This document shows positions 43,308 through 54,452 of a stretch of 64,000 nt of DNA, piece by piece (positions within the stretch are counted from its first letter, which is position 1; every line of letters begins with the position of its first letter). The DNA is from an uncultured Prochlorococcus sp. (GTDB taxonomy: Bacteria; Cyanobacteriota; Cyanobacteriia; PCC-6307; Cyanobiaceae): assembly GCA_913048245.1 (NCBI GenBank), contig CAJWWR010000003.1:376-64375 (forward strand), in the 5' to 3' direction. Under the pieces are notes generated by a model, which saw only the letters and a program-made list of their open reading frames with translations, did no database searches and was not told where the DNA came from. The translations under genes were made by a program, and so were the position numbers.

Positions 43308-44221
43308 TTATTAATTAAATAGTAAATTGAAAAACCTAAAATTAATCCAGTCCCATTAAGTGTTTGGAATTTCACTGCTATAAACTTGCAATTTTTAATT
43401 ATATCTGGCTTATTGTGAAAATTTTTCAGTAGTTTTATCAGTTTAAAAGCACAAGGTAAGCTAATAAAATAGAGAAGGCAATAATTAGGAATAAATCCTT
43501 TCAATATTAAAGATAGTTCTAATATATAAATTAGTGAAATTATTAATGGTATGCAAAATGCACCTATTTTCGTTCCAATTATAACTAAGGGAGATCGTTT
43601 ACCATGTCTTTTATCCTGATTAATCTGATGAAAATGAGAGCAAAATAATATTAATGTGGTAGCTAATGCAGGCCCTGAACCTATTAATAAAGATTCTTTC
43701 CATGGAATCTTGGACAAGTTGTTTGTATGAGGATTGAATGCTAATAATGCCGCTGAGTGCGCTAATGGACCAAATGCTATCCAGCATAAAGGTTCACCCA
43801 GCCCATAATAACCTAATCTAAATGGAGGACCCTGATATATATATCCAAGAAAACAACATCCAAGGATTAAGAAAAGAATATTTATATTTGTTGAAAGAGA
43901 TATAATTGAAATCAATATAAGTCCAATAAATAAAGAGAAATATGCGATTAAATTTAAAACTTTTTTATTTTTAAAAAGATTTACCACTGAATGAAATTTA
44001 AATTCATCAATACCTGTCTCTGAATCAAACAAATCATTAGTTAAGTTTTCCCAGAATAAAATTAATATTGATGCAATAGTAAAATAAAATAAATTTCCGA
44101 ATCTGATTGTATTGAATAAATATAAATTAAAAGCTGCAGAGATAAATATAGGCATTATTGCAACTGAATAAAGAGGCCATTTTAATGCTTGCCACCATAA
44201 CTGTTTTTTTCTTAAATTCAT
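43304..44221 (-). CDS. menA: DHNA phytyltransferase (UbiA family)
   Basis: KWPLYSVA, WENLTNDLFD, YQGPPFRLGY, SHFHQ..D...GK. Confidence 0.93.
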   Translation of the reverse strand: MNLRKKQLWWQALKWPLYSVAIMPIFISAAFNLYLFNTIRFGNLFYFTIASILILFWENLTNDLFDSETGIDEFKFHSVVNLFKNKKVLNLIAYFSLFIGLILISIISLSTNINILFLILGCCFLGYIYQGPPFRLGYYGLGEPLCWIAFGPLAHSAALLAFNPHTNNLSKIPWKESLLIGSGPALATTLILFCSHFHQINQDKRHGKRSPLVIIGTKIGAFCIPLIISLIYILELSLILKGFIPNYCLLYFISLPCAFKLIKLLKNFHNKPDIIKNCKFIAVKFQTLNGTGLILGFSIYYLINK

Positions 44222-44322
44222 TTATAAACGACCTATAGAGTAAGCTTATTATTTAATATAGATTATAATTTGAGTTACATTTTTTACTTTATTGAATTGT
44301 TTTTAGTTATTTTCAATAAGTG

Positions 44323-45711
44323 ATGAATCATGAAGCAACCTTTTCAGAATTTATAAAAGATCTTTCAATCCAATTAGAGAATACTGGTTTGACTGAAGGA
44401 TTGTTAAGTATTTGTCTGAATTTGCCAACTATAGATTTAATAGATACTTATAATTATTTCTTTGAGAAATATTCTTTTTCTTCTTTTTGGGAAGAAAATG
44501 AAGCGTTGTCCTATATAGCTTTAGATAAATGTAGATATTGCTTTTTTAATGATTTAAATAAGTTTGATCAGGCAAGAGATTTTACCAATAAGATCTTTAA
44601 TGAAATGATTTTTTTCAATAATCAAGATGACGTAGCTTCTTTATCAAAGGTAATTTATTTTTTTTCTTTCGATAATACTCCTATTGAAATTTTGAAGGCT
44701 AATGAGGTGCCTCGTATGGAAGCGATATTGCCTAAATTTCTAATCATCAAAAAATCTGAAAAGTTTTGGTTGAGAGTTAATTATCAATTATATAATTCCT
44801 CAAAGACTGAAGATTTAATAAAAGAAATCTGCAGAATAAGAAATCAAATTATTGATATACAAAAGTCTATCAAGATAAAGAGAAAGTTTGATAAAAGTCA
44901 AATTCGAAGATTTAATCTTTTATTAGAAAAATCTAATGAAGATATTAGAGAATCTATCGTAAAGGGACTCAATATTATAGATAAAGGTGATATTCAAAAA
45001 ATTGTTTTATGTAAAAGATTAGATTTCAAAATAAATCAGGCTTTAGATTTAAATTTGATTCTGAAGAATTTCAGATCCAATCTTTCCAATAGTTGTTCAT
45101 ATGTTTGGAAAAGAAATAATGATGATATAACTTTTGGGGCATCACCAGAGAAATTATTTTCTCTTAGTGAGAACATATTAACTTTAGAGGCGATAGCAGG
45201 AACTGCTCCCTCTGAGATAGATAATAAATTTCTTCTAAATAGTTATAAGGATAAAATCGAACATGATTTTGTTATTAATTATTTAATTCAGTCTTTGAAA
45301 TTATTAAATATGAATGAGTATACTCAAGGACCGTTAGAGGTTGTTTCGTTTGGACCTATATCTCATTTATGCACTAAAATAAAATCTATATTTGATGAAT
45401 GTTGTCCGTTTGACTTGCTTCAGATTCTTCATCCAACCCCAGCTGTTTGTGGCCTCCCAAAAAATGAAGCATTAGATTTCATAGATCATCTAGAATCTTT
45501 TTCGCGAGATAACTATGCCGCTCCAATTGGTTGGGTTGATTCTAATGGTAATTCAGATTTTAGAGTAGCAATAAGAGGTGCAAGATATATTGAAGAAAAA
45601 TTGCAGTTTACAGCTGGTTCTGGTCTTGTAAAAGGGTCAAAAGTCGATTTTGAATTACAAGAAATAAATTTAAAGATCAGAGCTCTTGCTATGCAAGTTT
45701 TTCCTAGATAA
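44323..45711 (+). CDS. menF: Isochorismate synthase
   Basis: [41 protein letters not shown]. Confidence 0.92.
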   Translation: MNHEATFSEFIKDLSIQLENTGLTEGLLSICLNLPTIDLIDTYNYFFEKYSFSSFWEENEALSYIALDKCRYCFFNDLNKFDQARDFTNKIFNEMIFFNNQDDVASLSKVIYFFSFDNTPIEILKANEVPRMEAILPKFLIIKKSEKFWLRVNYQLYNSSKTEDLIKEICRIRNQIIDIQKSIKIKRKFDKSQIRRFNLLLEKSNEDIRESIVKGLNIIDKGDIQKIVLCKRLDFKINQALDLNLILKNFRSNLSNSCSYVWKRNNDDITFGASPEKLFSLSENILTLEAIAGTAPSEIDNKFLLNSYKDKIEHDFVINYLIQSLKLLNMNEYTQGPLEVVSFGPISHLCTKIKSIFDECCPFDLLQILHPTPAVCGLPKNEALDFIDHLESFSRDNYAAPIGWVDSNGNSDFRVAIRGARYIEEKLQFTAGSGLVKGSKVDFELQEINLKIRALAMQVFPR

Positions 45712-46627
45712 TTGCAATAAGTTTGTTAATTATTTCGTCCGAGATTGACTGGTTGGAGAATTTTTCAATTTCCCTTAGACCCGTTGGACTTGTTACATTT
45801 ATCTCACTTAGCATTCCATTAATTACGTCAATACCAACAAAGAAAAGACCCTCATTTTTTAATTGCACTGATAATTCCTTACATATAATTTTTTCTTTTT
45901 CTGACAAATTTGATTTTTCAGGTTTTCCTCCTAAGGCTAAGTTACTTCGAAAATCTCCTTCTTTGGGAATTCTATTAATAGCCCCTAATGGTTGACCATT
46001 AACAATAATAATTCGTTTGTCACCAAAACTAACTTCTGGAATAAATTTCTGCATCATTACTGGTAGTTGCTCTTGGCAGGTTATTAATTCAATCATTGCT
46101 CTTATACAAGGAGAATTATTAGTAACACGTATTACTCCTTGGCCGCCTTTGCCTCCTAATGGTTTTACAACGACGTCTTCATTGATTGTGGCAAAATTCA
46201 TAAGATCATTTATCTTACTTGCTACTAATGTTGGTGCCATTAAGTGGCTAAATCTTAGGGCCCCTAGTTTTTCATTCCATGCTCTCAAAGAGGAGGGTTT
46301 GTTAATTACTTTAACTCCCTTTCTTTCGGCAACTTCTAAAAGATGTGTTGCATATAAGTAACCTTCATTTACAGGGGGATCTTTCCTCATCCAGATACAA
46401 TTAAATTCAGCAAGCGGCAAGCATTCATTTTTTAATATTGATAGCCAAGGATTACTATTTATTTCTTTTGCTGAAGCCCACACTTCATCTCCTCTTGCTT
46501 CGAGGTCCTGAGGTGTGCAAATCCAAACATCTATAGATCTCCTTGATGCAGCCTCCATTAATGCTACTGAAGAGTCTTTTTCGGGGTTAATGTTCTTTAC
46601 TGGATCAATTACAAAAAGAAACTTCAT
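45704..46627 (-). CDS. gshB: Glutathione synthetase
   Basis: [32 protein letters not shown]. Confidence 0.97.
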   Translation of the reverse strand: MKFLFVIDPVKNINPEKDSSVALMEAASRRSIDVWICTPQDLEARGDEVWASAKEINSNPWLSILKNECLPLAEFNCIWMRKDPPVNEGYLYATHLLEVAERKGVKVINKPSSLRAWNEKLGALRFSHLMAPTLVASKINDLMNFATINEDVVVKPLGGKGGQGVIRVTNNSPCIRAMIELITCQEQLPVMMQKFIPEVSFGDKRIIIVNGQPLGAINRIPKEGDFRSNLALGGKPEKSNLSEKEKIICKELSVQLKNEGLFFVGIDVINGMLSEINVTSPTGLREIEKFSNQSISDEIINKLIAII

Positions 46628-46632
46628 AATTT

Positions 46633-46887
46633 TTATTTAATTAATAAATCTAGTTTATTCTCATTCTCTAATCTATGAAGTTCATCGCATCCACCAATTC
46701 CCTTATCATTTATAAAAATTTGTGGGACTGTTCTTCTTCCATTAGATCTAAGTATCATTTTTTCTCTCGCTTTTTCATCCCCATCAATTTCGTGTTCAAT
46801 GAACTCGATATTCTTTCTCTTAAGTAGTAATTTAGCCCTTATGCAGAAAGGACAAGATTGCCATGTGTAAATTTCCACTTTTGCCAT
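46633..46887 (-). CDS. grxC: Glutaredoxin 3
   Basis: CPFC, TVPQIFI, GGCDEL. Confidence 0.95.
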   Translation of the reverse strand: MAKVEIYTWQSCPFCIRAKLLLKRKNIEFIEHEIDGDEKAREKMILRSNGRRTVPQIFINDKGIGGCDELHRLENENKLDLLIK

Positions 46888-46962
46888 TTTTAAAATATTA
46901 TTTACTTAATACTATTAAATCATTTGACTTGTTAAATTATTAGTAATAACTACTAATATATT

Positions 46963-48082
46963 TTGATTGACATAGCAGACTTTAAGAGAGATCTTGCAGA
47001 ATTAACTCAACGTTTGATTGAGGTGCAGGATTGTCTTTGACGTTCCAAGACTCAAAGCAAGGCAAAAAGAACTAGAAATTATGGTCTCACAGCCTTCATT
47101 TTGGGAAAACCAAAGTGAAGCAAAAAAACAGATGAGGATATTAGATGATGTAAAAGAGCAATTAGGTTTTTTAAATCAGTGGAAAATGTACATATCAGAT
47201 GCCCAAGCATCCATTGAGCTTTATTCTTTAGAGGCTGACAAAGAATTAATTTCTGAGGCCAATAAAGGTCTGGTTCGCTTAAAAGAAAACCTTGATAGTT
47301 GGGAATTGCAGAGATTATTATCTGGAGAATATGATAAAGAAGGAGCTGTCGTAACTATCAATGCTGGTGCAGGTGGAACAGACGCTCAAGATTGGGTTGA
47401 AATTATGTTGAGAATGTATAAAAGGTGGGCAGACAATCATTCAATGAAATTAGTTATAGATGATATATCTGAAGGTGAAGAAGCTGGAATTAAAAGTGTG
47501 ACTTTTGAAATAGATAGTAAATATGCATATGGTTATTTACAAAATGAAAAAGGGACTCATAGGTTAGTGAGGATTTCTCCTTTTAATGCTAATGGAAAGA
47601 GACAGACAAGTTTTGCTGGAGTTGAGGTTATGCCTAAATTAGATGAGAATATCTCTTTAGAAATACCTGAAAAAGATTTAGAAATTACAACAAGTAGGTC
47701 AGGTGGCGCAGGTGGTCAGAATGTCAATAAAGTTGAAACTGCTGTGCGCGCGACCCATCTCCCAACAGGAATTTCTGTAAGGTGTACTCAGGAAAGATCT
47801 CAGTTGCAAAATAAAGAGAAAGCAATATTACTTTTAAAAGCCAAATTGTTAGTAATTGCTAAAGAACAACGTGCTTCAGAAATTGCTGATATCAAAGGTG
47901 ATATTGTTGAGGCAGCATGGGGCAATCAAATAAGAAATTATGTTTTTCACCCCTACCAAATGGTTAAAGATTTGCGCACAATGAAAGAAACTAATGACTT
48001 AGATGGAGTGCTTAACGGTAATCTTGATCAATTTATTCATGAATTGCTAAGGCATAAAATTAATTCTCAACAAAACTTCTAA
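46963..48082 (+). CDS. prfB: Peptide chain release factor 2, expressed through a programmed +1 frameshift (46963-47037 joined to 47039-48082, 372 aa)
   Basis: TTG-started [25 protein letters not shown] ends at CTT TGA C; the +1 frame continues DVPRLK... with SPF and GGQ motifs. Confidence 0.95.
47020..47041 (+). promoter_or_regulatory. RF2 +1 programmed ribosomal frameshift cassette
   Basis: GAGGTG CAGGAT TGT CTT TGA C: canonical CTT-TGA-C shift site (47035-47041) preceded by SD-like AGGA and GAGGTG. Confidence 0.92.
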
Positions 48083-48087
48083 TTTTT

Positions 48088-48273
48088 ATGGAATCTAAAA
48101 AAAATAATTTTGAAAAAAAAAGCCCTCCTGCTAGTTTTATTAAATTAGCTATGAAAAATATGGTAAAGAAAGGGAATAAAAGTCTCTCTCATTTCTTTAT
48201 GACTTTTCTTTTTTTAGTTGGCTTATTGCTTCTGGTCGCAACTCTAGGTAAACCCAATATACCCATACATTAA
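48088..48273 (+). CDS. Small membrane protein (DUF3285-like)
   Basis: PASFIKLAMKNMVKKG..SLSHF followed by a TM helix. Confidence 0.82.
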   Translation: MESKKNNFEKKSPPASFIKLAMKNMVKKGNKSLSHFFMTFLFLVGLLLLVATLGKPNIPIH

Positions 48274-48275
48274 TT

Positions 48276-48839
48276 ATGGATTATGAAGATAATTCAGAAT
48301 TAAAAGTTGATTTAGTTTTTAAATTCAGTCAATCTATTGAACATTTAAAAACTTCTAATAAGTGTGATTTAATTTTTGATAATTTATTTTGGAAAGATGT
48401 TTTTACTAAATGGATCAATTGTGTAATTCATGATAAAAGATCAAGATTTTCTAGTATTCTTAATGGAAGTTCTTTTTCTTTAAGTTTTGAATTTCTAAAT
48501 AATCTTGAGATTAAACAGTTAAATAAGAAATGGCTTAACAAAGACTTTGCTACTGATGTTTTATCATTTCCAATGATTACTGGGGATTATCAGTTTGCAG
48601 ACTTAGATTGTATTGAACTTGGAGATTTATTTATTTCATATGAAATGGCATTATCGCAATCTAGAAAGCATAGACACTCCCTTCATGATGAAGTAATTTG
48701 GCTCGCAAGTCATGGATTTCTACATTTATTAGGCTGGGATCATCCTGATGAAAAGGATCTACAGAATATGCTAGATTTTCAGGACTATCTAATTTCAATA
48801 TTAGATTTTAAAAATAAAACAAACGAAAGTTTTTTTTGA
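48276..48839 (+). CDS. ybeY: Endoribonuclease YbeY
   Basis: TDVLSFP, LGDLFIS, HGFLHLLGWDH. Confidence 0.95.
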   Translation: MDYEDNSELKVDLVFKFSQSIEHLKTSNKCDLIFDNLFWKDVFTKWINCVIHDKRSRFSSILNGSSFSLSFEFLNNLEIKQLNKKWLNKDFATDVLSFPMITGDYQFADLDCIELGDLFISYEMALSQSRKHRHSLHDEVIWLASHGFLHLLGWDHPDEKDLQNMLDFQDYLISILDFKNKTNESFF

Positions 48840-48842
48840 ATT

Positions 48843-49262
48843 ATGCGAAATAGGAGAAACTTGTATCGTAAAAGAAAGCATTCTTATAGGAAATCCAAAA
48901 ATGTTTTTTTTAGCTTTAAGTATGCAATCAATGGTTTAATTTATTGTGCTAAAAGTGAAAGAAACTTCAAAATTCAATTATTATCTGCTTTTTTAATTTT
49001 ACTTATATCTTCTTTATTTGAATTTTCTAATATTGAATACATAATACTTTTTTCGACAATATTTTTAGTTTTAATTCTTGAATTAATTAATACATCAATA
49101 GAATCTTTAGTTGATCTTTTAATAGATAAGAAATTTAATAAGTTAGCAAGGATTTCTAAAGATACAGCAGCAACAGCAGTATTTCTAGCTTCTTTAAATT
49201 CAATAATTGTTGCTCTATACTTATTTCTTCCTAAAATAAAATTATTATTTACTGATTTATAA
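48843..49262 (+). CDS. dgkA: Diacylglycerol/undecaprenol kinase (DgkA family)
   Basis: SFKYAING, ERNFKI, ELINTSIESLVD, SKDTAATAV. Confidence 0.92.
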   Translation: MRNRRNLYRKRKHSYRKSKNVFFSFKYAINGLIYCAKSERNFKIQLLSAFLILLISSLFEFSNIEYIILFSTIFLVLILELINTSIESLVDLLIDKKFNKLARISKDTAATAVFLASLNSIIVALYLFLPKIKLLFTDL

Positions 49263-49265
49263 AAA

Positions 49266-49862
49266 ATGTTTTTAGTAATAGATAATTATGATAGTTTTAC
49301 TTATAATCTTGTTCAATATCTAGGAGAATTATCTCTGAATCATCCGATTGCTAAGAATATTATTGTTAAAAGAAACGATCAAATTTCTCTTCAAGAAATA
49401 AAAGAAATCAATCCTAATGCTATTTTGCTTTCACCAGGCCCTGGTAATCCTAGTGAAGCAGGCGTATGCCTTGATATTCTGAAAAATATTTCTCGAGACA
49501 TTCCAACATTAGGTGTTTGTTTAGGTCATCAAGCATTTGCACAAGCATTTGGGGGAAAGGTAATTGTTGGGAAGCAATTAATGCATGGCAAAACATCCAA
49601 TATTTTTCATGAATCTACCGAATTGTTTAAAGATATTTCAAGTCCATTTTTAGCTACTAGGTATCATAGCTTGATAGTTGATGAATCAAATCTACCTAAT
49701 TGTTTAGAAATAACAGCACAGACTGAAGATGCAACTATTATGGGCTTAACTCATAAGAAATATAGACATATACAGGGTGTGCAGTTTCATCCTGAAAGTG
49801 TTCTAACACAATATGGGCATAAATTAATTAGTAATTTCCTAAATTTAGCAGAAAATGTGTAG
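49266..49862 (+). CDS. trpG: Anthranilate/aminodeoxychorismate synthase glutamine amidotransferase subunit (TrpG/PabA)
   Basis: IDNYDSFTYNL, SPGPG, GVCLGHQ, RYHSL, QFHPES. Confidence 0.93.
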   Translation: MFLVIDNYDSFTYNLVQYLGELSLNHPIAKNIIVKRNDQISLQEIKEINPNAILLSPGPGNPSEAGVCLDILKNISRDIPTLGVCLGHQAFAQAFGGKVIVGKQLMHGKTSNIFHESTELFKDISSPFLATRYHSLIVDESNLPNCLEITAQTEDATIMGLTHKKYRHIQGVQFHPESVLTQYGHKLISNFLNLAENV

Positions 49863-49878
49863 TATCATTTAAAGGTTT

Positions 49879-50604
49879 ATGAGCATTTTAAAAATCAAAA
49901 AATTCATTGCTTTTTCTTTATTTTCTTTCTTAATGCCAGCAACGGCCTTAGGTGGAGATTTGCTTTTGAAGAGTTTTGGTCATAGTAGTTTTCTAGTCAA
50001 AGGAGATGGACAAACTATACTTTTAAATCCTTATGATAATGTTGATTGTGCAAGCCATTTAAGTAAACCATGGAATGTAAAATTTGACTTTATACTCGCA
50101 AGCTCCAGATTGGCAGACGAAGGATATAATCCCAATAATAAATTGATGTTTGTAGATCCAGGTTCATATCAATTTAATGAAATCATTTTAAATGGTATAG
50201 CCGTTCCTCATGATCGATTTGAGGGTAGAAGATTTGGAATGGCTACAATATGGGTTTGGGAGCAAAGCAATTTAAAGATTGTCCATATGGGAGGCTCTGC
50301 AGGGCAATTAGATCTTAATGATAAGATTTTGTTGTCTAATCCCGATATTTTGTTTATTTCAATAGGTGGTGGGGATAAATCTTATAATGGACAAGAAGCT
50401 GCAGAGATAGTTAAGGTACTAAATCCTAAGATTGTTATTCCTGTTCATTTCTTATCAGATAAGGAGAATAACCCAACATGTGAATTCTCAAATGCTGATG
50501 ATTTTTTAGAAAATATGTCTGATTTTAATGTGCAATATGTTGGAAATAGATTTTCCATTAATCCAAATAAAATTGAAAAAGATATAATTTATATATTTAA
50601 ATAA
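49879..50604 (+). CDS. MBL-fold protein with a probable signal peptide
   Basis: FGHSSFL, VPHDR, IVHMG, PDILF, PKIVIPVHF; N-terminal basic plus hydrophobic leader ending ATALG. Confidence 0.8.
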   Translation: MSILKIKKFIAFSLFSFLMPATALGGDLLLKSFGHSSFLVKGDGQTILLNPYDNVDCASHLSKPWNVKFDFILASSRLADEGYNPNNKLMFVDPGSYQFNEIILNGIAVPHDRFEGRRFGMATIWVWEQSNLKIVHMGGSAGQLDLNDKILLSNPDILFISIGGGDKSYNGQEAAEIVKVLNPKIVIPVHFLSDKENNPTCEFSNADDFLENMSDFNVQYVGNRFSINPNKIEKDIIYIFK

Positions 50605-50607
50605 TTA

Positions 50608-51711
50608 TTATTTCTGATCAATTTCACTATATGCATCCCAAAATAATTTCATCTGTTTTTTTGTACCTATACTAACTCTAATAGACCCATCAATTATTTT
50701 TTTGCCTTGCATATTTCTTATGAGAATTCCTTTTTGGCGCATTTCATCTTCTAAGAAATTAGGATCCTTATTGGGCCAAATTAAAAAATAATTGCCACTG
50801 CAAAAGTGACTCCTAATATCCAAACTATCGAATTTGTCTTTAATCCATATTCTTGCATCTTTTACTTCCTTAATATATTTATCTATATATTCTTTATCAC
50901 CTAAAGCCGCTATGGTTGCTTTAACAGCAATACTATTAATATCGTAAGGTCCCGTAACTTTTTTTATGGCTTCAATGATTTTCTTATTGCCAAACGCAAA
51001 GCCTATCCTTAAACCCGCTAATCCTGCGGTTTTAGATAATGATTGAATAACTATTATATTTTTGTTTTTTTTAAAATCTACTTTATGCAGAAGAGTATCT
51101 CCATAGAATTTCTCATATAATTCATCAACTACTAATAGTGATTCTTGATTTTGATTTGCAATATCAATTATTTCTTCAGCCTTTAATAAAGTACCTGTAG
51201 GGTTATTTGGGTTGCATATAAAAATTAATTTTGGCTTGTATTTTAAAATATTTTCTTTAAATTCACTTTTTGGGAATAAGAAATCTTTCCCAATGTAAGG
51301 ACAGTTAATTATTTCCATTCCTCGCATTTCTGCGCAAGGTGAATAGTAACCAAATGTTGGCGAAGTAGTGAGAAATATTTGGTTAGGATCCCCGAAAGAA
51401 TTAAATATTGCATTTATTGCAGCATCTGCACCATTAAATAATCCGATTTCTTCAATAGGTATTTCCTTCTCTGTATAGTGCTTACTAACAATTTCTTTCA
51501 AAATATTGTATTCAGGGTAAATAGATATCTCATTTAATTCAAATGATTGAATGGCTTCAAGTACTCTAGGACTTGGACCTAATGTGTTTTCATTAAAGTC
51601 TAGTCTAAGTAAATTTCTTCTGTTTTCTAGCGGCGCAGAATATGCTTTCATAGACAATATTTCTTTTCTTGCATGTGGAAAGTTATTTTTTGGATCTCTT
51701 GGGTTCATCAC
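50608..51711 (-). CDS. hisC: Histidinol-phosphate aminotransferase (HisC/CobC family)
   Basis: [39 protein letters not shown]. Confidence 0.88.
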   Translation of the reverse strand: MMNPRDPKNNFPHARKEILSMKAYSAPLENRRNLLRLDFNENTLGPSPRVLEAIQSFELNEISIYPEYNILKEIVSKHYTEKEIPIEEIGLFNGADAAINAIFNSFGDPNQIFLTTSPTFGYYSPCAEMRGMEIINCPYIGKDFLFPKSEFKENILKYKPKLIFICNPNNPTGTLLKAEEIIDIANQNQESLLVVDELYEKFYGDTLLHKVDFKKNKNIIVIQSLSKTAGLAGLRIGFAFGNKKIIEAIKKVTGPYDINSIAVKATIAALGDKEYIDKYIKEVKDARIWIKDKFDSLDIRSHFCSGNYFLIWPNKDPNFLEDEMRQKGILIRNMQGKKIIDGSIRVSIGTKKQMKLFWDAYSEIDQK

Positions 51712-53507
51712 ATTCTTTCTAAAGTTTCAATTCCTAGAAGATACAAACTTAATCTTAGGGTTTTTTCAGTTAATGTACATAAGACCATTCTGGAATTCAT
51801 AGTTTTTGGTTCAGCTTTTAGAATTGGTAATTGGTCATAGAATCTATTAAATATTTGGCAAAGTTCAAAGAGATAATTGCATAGTCGATTTGGCATTAGA
51901 TCCTTTTCTATTGACATAATGACTTCGTCAAACCTAAGTAATTTCTTTATTAAATTCCATTCTGAATCTTCGTTGAAGTAAATCTTTTCGTTAATTTCTT
52001 CTTTTCTGGCATTCTTTATTTTCCTTTTTATACCTGATATTCTAACCAAACTATATAAAATATAAGGAGCAGTATTACCGTTCATTGCTAGCATTTTATC
52101 AAAACTAAATTGGTAGTTAGTTATTCTATTTTGACTTAAATCAGCATATTTTACTGATCCTATCCCAATCACATTTGAGGTATTTGCAATGAAATTATCA
52201 TTTTCTGTTCGTTGCTCTTCAGAAATTCTATTTATTAAATCTTTTTTGGCTCTTTTAACTGATTCTTTAAGCAAGTCTTTTAGTTTAATTGTTTCCCCTT
52301 CTCTTGTTTTAAGCTTTTTGCCATCTATTCCCTGAACTAAGCCAAAAGGTACATGCTCAACACTACAATTTTCTGGTATCCATTTTGCTTTTTTTGCTAC
52401 TTGAAAAACCCCTGCAAAATGATTAGATTGACCTTGATCAGTAACATATATAATTCTTCCTGCTCCATCGCCATTTGGAGGTTCCGAAAATCTATATTTT
52501 AAAGCAGCCAGATCAGTTGTAGCATAATTGAATCCCCCATCTTTTTTTTGAATAATCAATGGCAGTTTATCCCCTTCTTTATTGGACATACCATCCAGGA
52601 ATACGCATTTTGCCCCTTGGTCCTCTACTGAAATATTTTTAAGTTCTAGTTCTTTGACGACTGACTCAAGGTAAGGATTATAAAAAGATTCTCCACGTTC
52701 ATTTATTTGGATATTGAGAGTACTATAGATTGAATTAAATTCTTTTCTAGATTCACTACAAAGAATTCTCCATGCAGATATTGAAGAAGGATCACCTTTT
52801 TGTAATCTAACTACTTCTGCTCTTGCTTTTTTTTGAAATTCTTCCTCATTATCAAATCTTTTTTTAGAAGCCTTATAAAATTCAACAAGATCACCAATGT
52901 TGATATTTGCTCTACTTTCAAGGGCTTCTGGATATACATCTTTTAGATGTGTTATTAACATGCCAAATTGAGTTCCCCAGTCTCCAACATGGTTTAATCT
53001 AATAACTTCATAACCTCTTATTTCAAATACCCTAGCCAACGAATCACCAATAATTGTTGATCTTAAATGTCCTACATGCATTTCTTTTGCAATATTTGGG
53101 CTTGAAAAATCGATAACTATTTTTTTATTTTCTTTATCTACTAGAGATATACCATTCCTTGGACATTTTGTATTTTTAATTAGTTCCTCTAAAAGAATAT
53201 TTTCACTCAATTTTATATTTATGAATCCTGGGCCAGCTATATCTAATGAACTACAGATTTTAAAAATATTTTTATTTTTTTCTATTAATGAGATGAACTC
53301 TTCTGCAATTTGATGAGGATTCTTCTCATAAATTTTCGATAAAATCATACATATATTAGATTGATAATCACCTAAATCTTCTCTTGAAGATTGAGTAATT
53401 AGATTCAAACTGAGTTTATTGTAAAGATTATTTTTTTGATTGATCTCGAGGCTTTCCTTAAGAGTATTCTCAAAAATTTTTGTAAGTTTCTGGTATATAG
53501 ACAGCAT
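51708..53507 (-). CDS. argS: Arginine-tRNA ligase
   Basis: [32 protein letters not shown]-terminal ERM. Confidence 0.97.
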   Translation of the reverse strand: MLSIYQKLTKIFENTLKESLEINQKNNLYNKLSLNLITQSSREDLGDYQSNICMILSKIYEKNPHQIAEEFISLIEKNKNIFKICSSLDIAGPGFINIKLSENILLEELIKNTKCPRNGISLVDKENKKIVIDFSSPNIAKEMHVGHLRSTIIGDSLARVFEIRGYEVIRLNHVGDWGTQFGMLITHLKDVYPEALESRANINIGDLVEFYKASKKRFDNEEEFQKKARAEVVRLQKGDPSSISAWRILCSESRKEFNSIYSTLNIQINERGESFYNPYLESVVKELELKNISVEDQGAKCVFLDGMSNKEGDKLPLIIQKKDGGFNYATTDLAALKYRFSEPPNGDGAGRIIYVTDQGQSNHFAGVFQVAKKAKWIPENCSVEHVPFGLVQGIDGKKLKTREGETIKLKDLLKESVKRAKKDLINRISEEQRTENDNFIANTSNVIGIGSVKYADLSQNRITNYQFSFDKMLAMNGNTAPYILYSLVRISGIKRKIKNARKEEINEKIYFNEDSEWNLIKKLLRFDEVIMSIEKDLMPNRLCNYLFELCQIFNRFYDQLPILKAEPKTMNSRMVLCTLTEKTLRLSLYLLGIETLERM

Positions 53508-53533
53508 AAATATTAAGCGATTTTCATTACTAC

Positions 53534-54385
53534 TTAATTAATATAGCGCATACTCAAATCTATCCAATTACTTTTAGTAATAGGTGCACTTGTAGAAATT
53601 AAATCTATTCCATCAATTAAGTATTTATCGATCTCTTCAACTTTAATTCCAGAGACTTCTATTAATACCTCTTTATTATTTTTATTTATGATTTTTTTTA
53701 ATGATTTTATATTATCTCTTAATATAAGAGGTTCTATTTCATCAAGTAAAATACTATCTGCTCCTGCCAATATTGCCTCCTTTGCTTGATTTATTGTTTC
53801 TGCCTCAATAATTATATGAGTTGTAAATGGGGTATTTTTTCTAATCTGTTGTACACAATCTATAAGATTTCCACTCCATGCAATATGATTTTCTTTAATC
53901 ATTGCCGCATCATATAATCCCATTCTATGATTAATACCCCCTCCGCATGTAAAAGCATATTTTTCTAGTTTTCTTAAGCCAGGAGTTGTTTTTCTGGTAT
54001 CTACTAAATTAATTTTTGTGCTTCGCAATTTTGATATAATTCTTTTAGTAAAAGTTGATATTCCTGATAAGTGCATTGCAATATTAAGTGTTATTCTTTC
54101 TCCAGCTAGAAGGCTTTTAGGGGATCCTTTTAACTCTAGTATTTTTTGATTTCTTGAGAATTCTTGGCCATCTTGAGTAAAGAATTTAATTTCGACATTT
54201 TTATCAATTTTATAAAATATTCTTTGGATAATTTCAGTACCGCAGAAAATACCTTTTTCTTTAGCTATCCATTCAGCCATTCCATTTTTTTCTGTAATAA
54301 TCGATTCTGTTAAATCACCACTACCTAAATCTTCTTCTACCCAAAAATCTATTAATCTTTGGAATAATGGCGAATCCCAGTCCAA
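53534..54385 (-). CDS. nadC: Quinolinate phosphoribosyltransferase
   Basis: [33 protein letters not shown]. Confidence 0.95.
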   Translation of the reverse strand: MDWDSPLFQRLIDFWVEEDLGSGDLTESIITEKNGMAEWIAKEKGIFCGTEIIQRIFYKIDKNVEIKFFTQDGQEFSRNQKILELKGSPKSLLAGERITLNIAMHLSGISTFTKRIISKLRSTKINLVDTRKTTPGLRKLEKYAFTCGGGINHRMGLYDAAMIKENHIAWSGNLIDCVQQIRKNTPFTTHIIIEAETINQAKEAILAGADSILLDEIEPLILRDNIKSLKKIINKNNKEVLIEVSGIKVEEIDKYLIDGIDLISTSAPITKSNWIDLSMRYIN

Positions 54386-54452
54386 GCTAAAATTTAAAAT
54401 TAAACAAGTTAATTATAATTTACAAGCAACTTATTTACAAAAAAATAACTAT

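Noticed and set aside
44274-44290. HLR1 (RpaB)-like direct repeat GTTACATT-T-TTTACTTT between menA and menF
   Set aside because: The half-site period is 9 bp rather than the canonical 10, and the second half-site is degenerate.
47018-48082. prfB as a 354-aa ORF starting MRCRIVF, or as a frameshifted pseudogene
   Set aside because: Explained by the canonical CTT-TGA-C programmed frameshift with an intact upstream frame.
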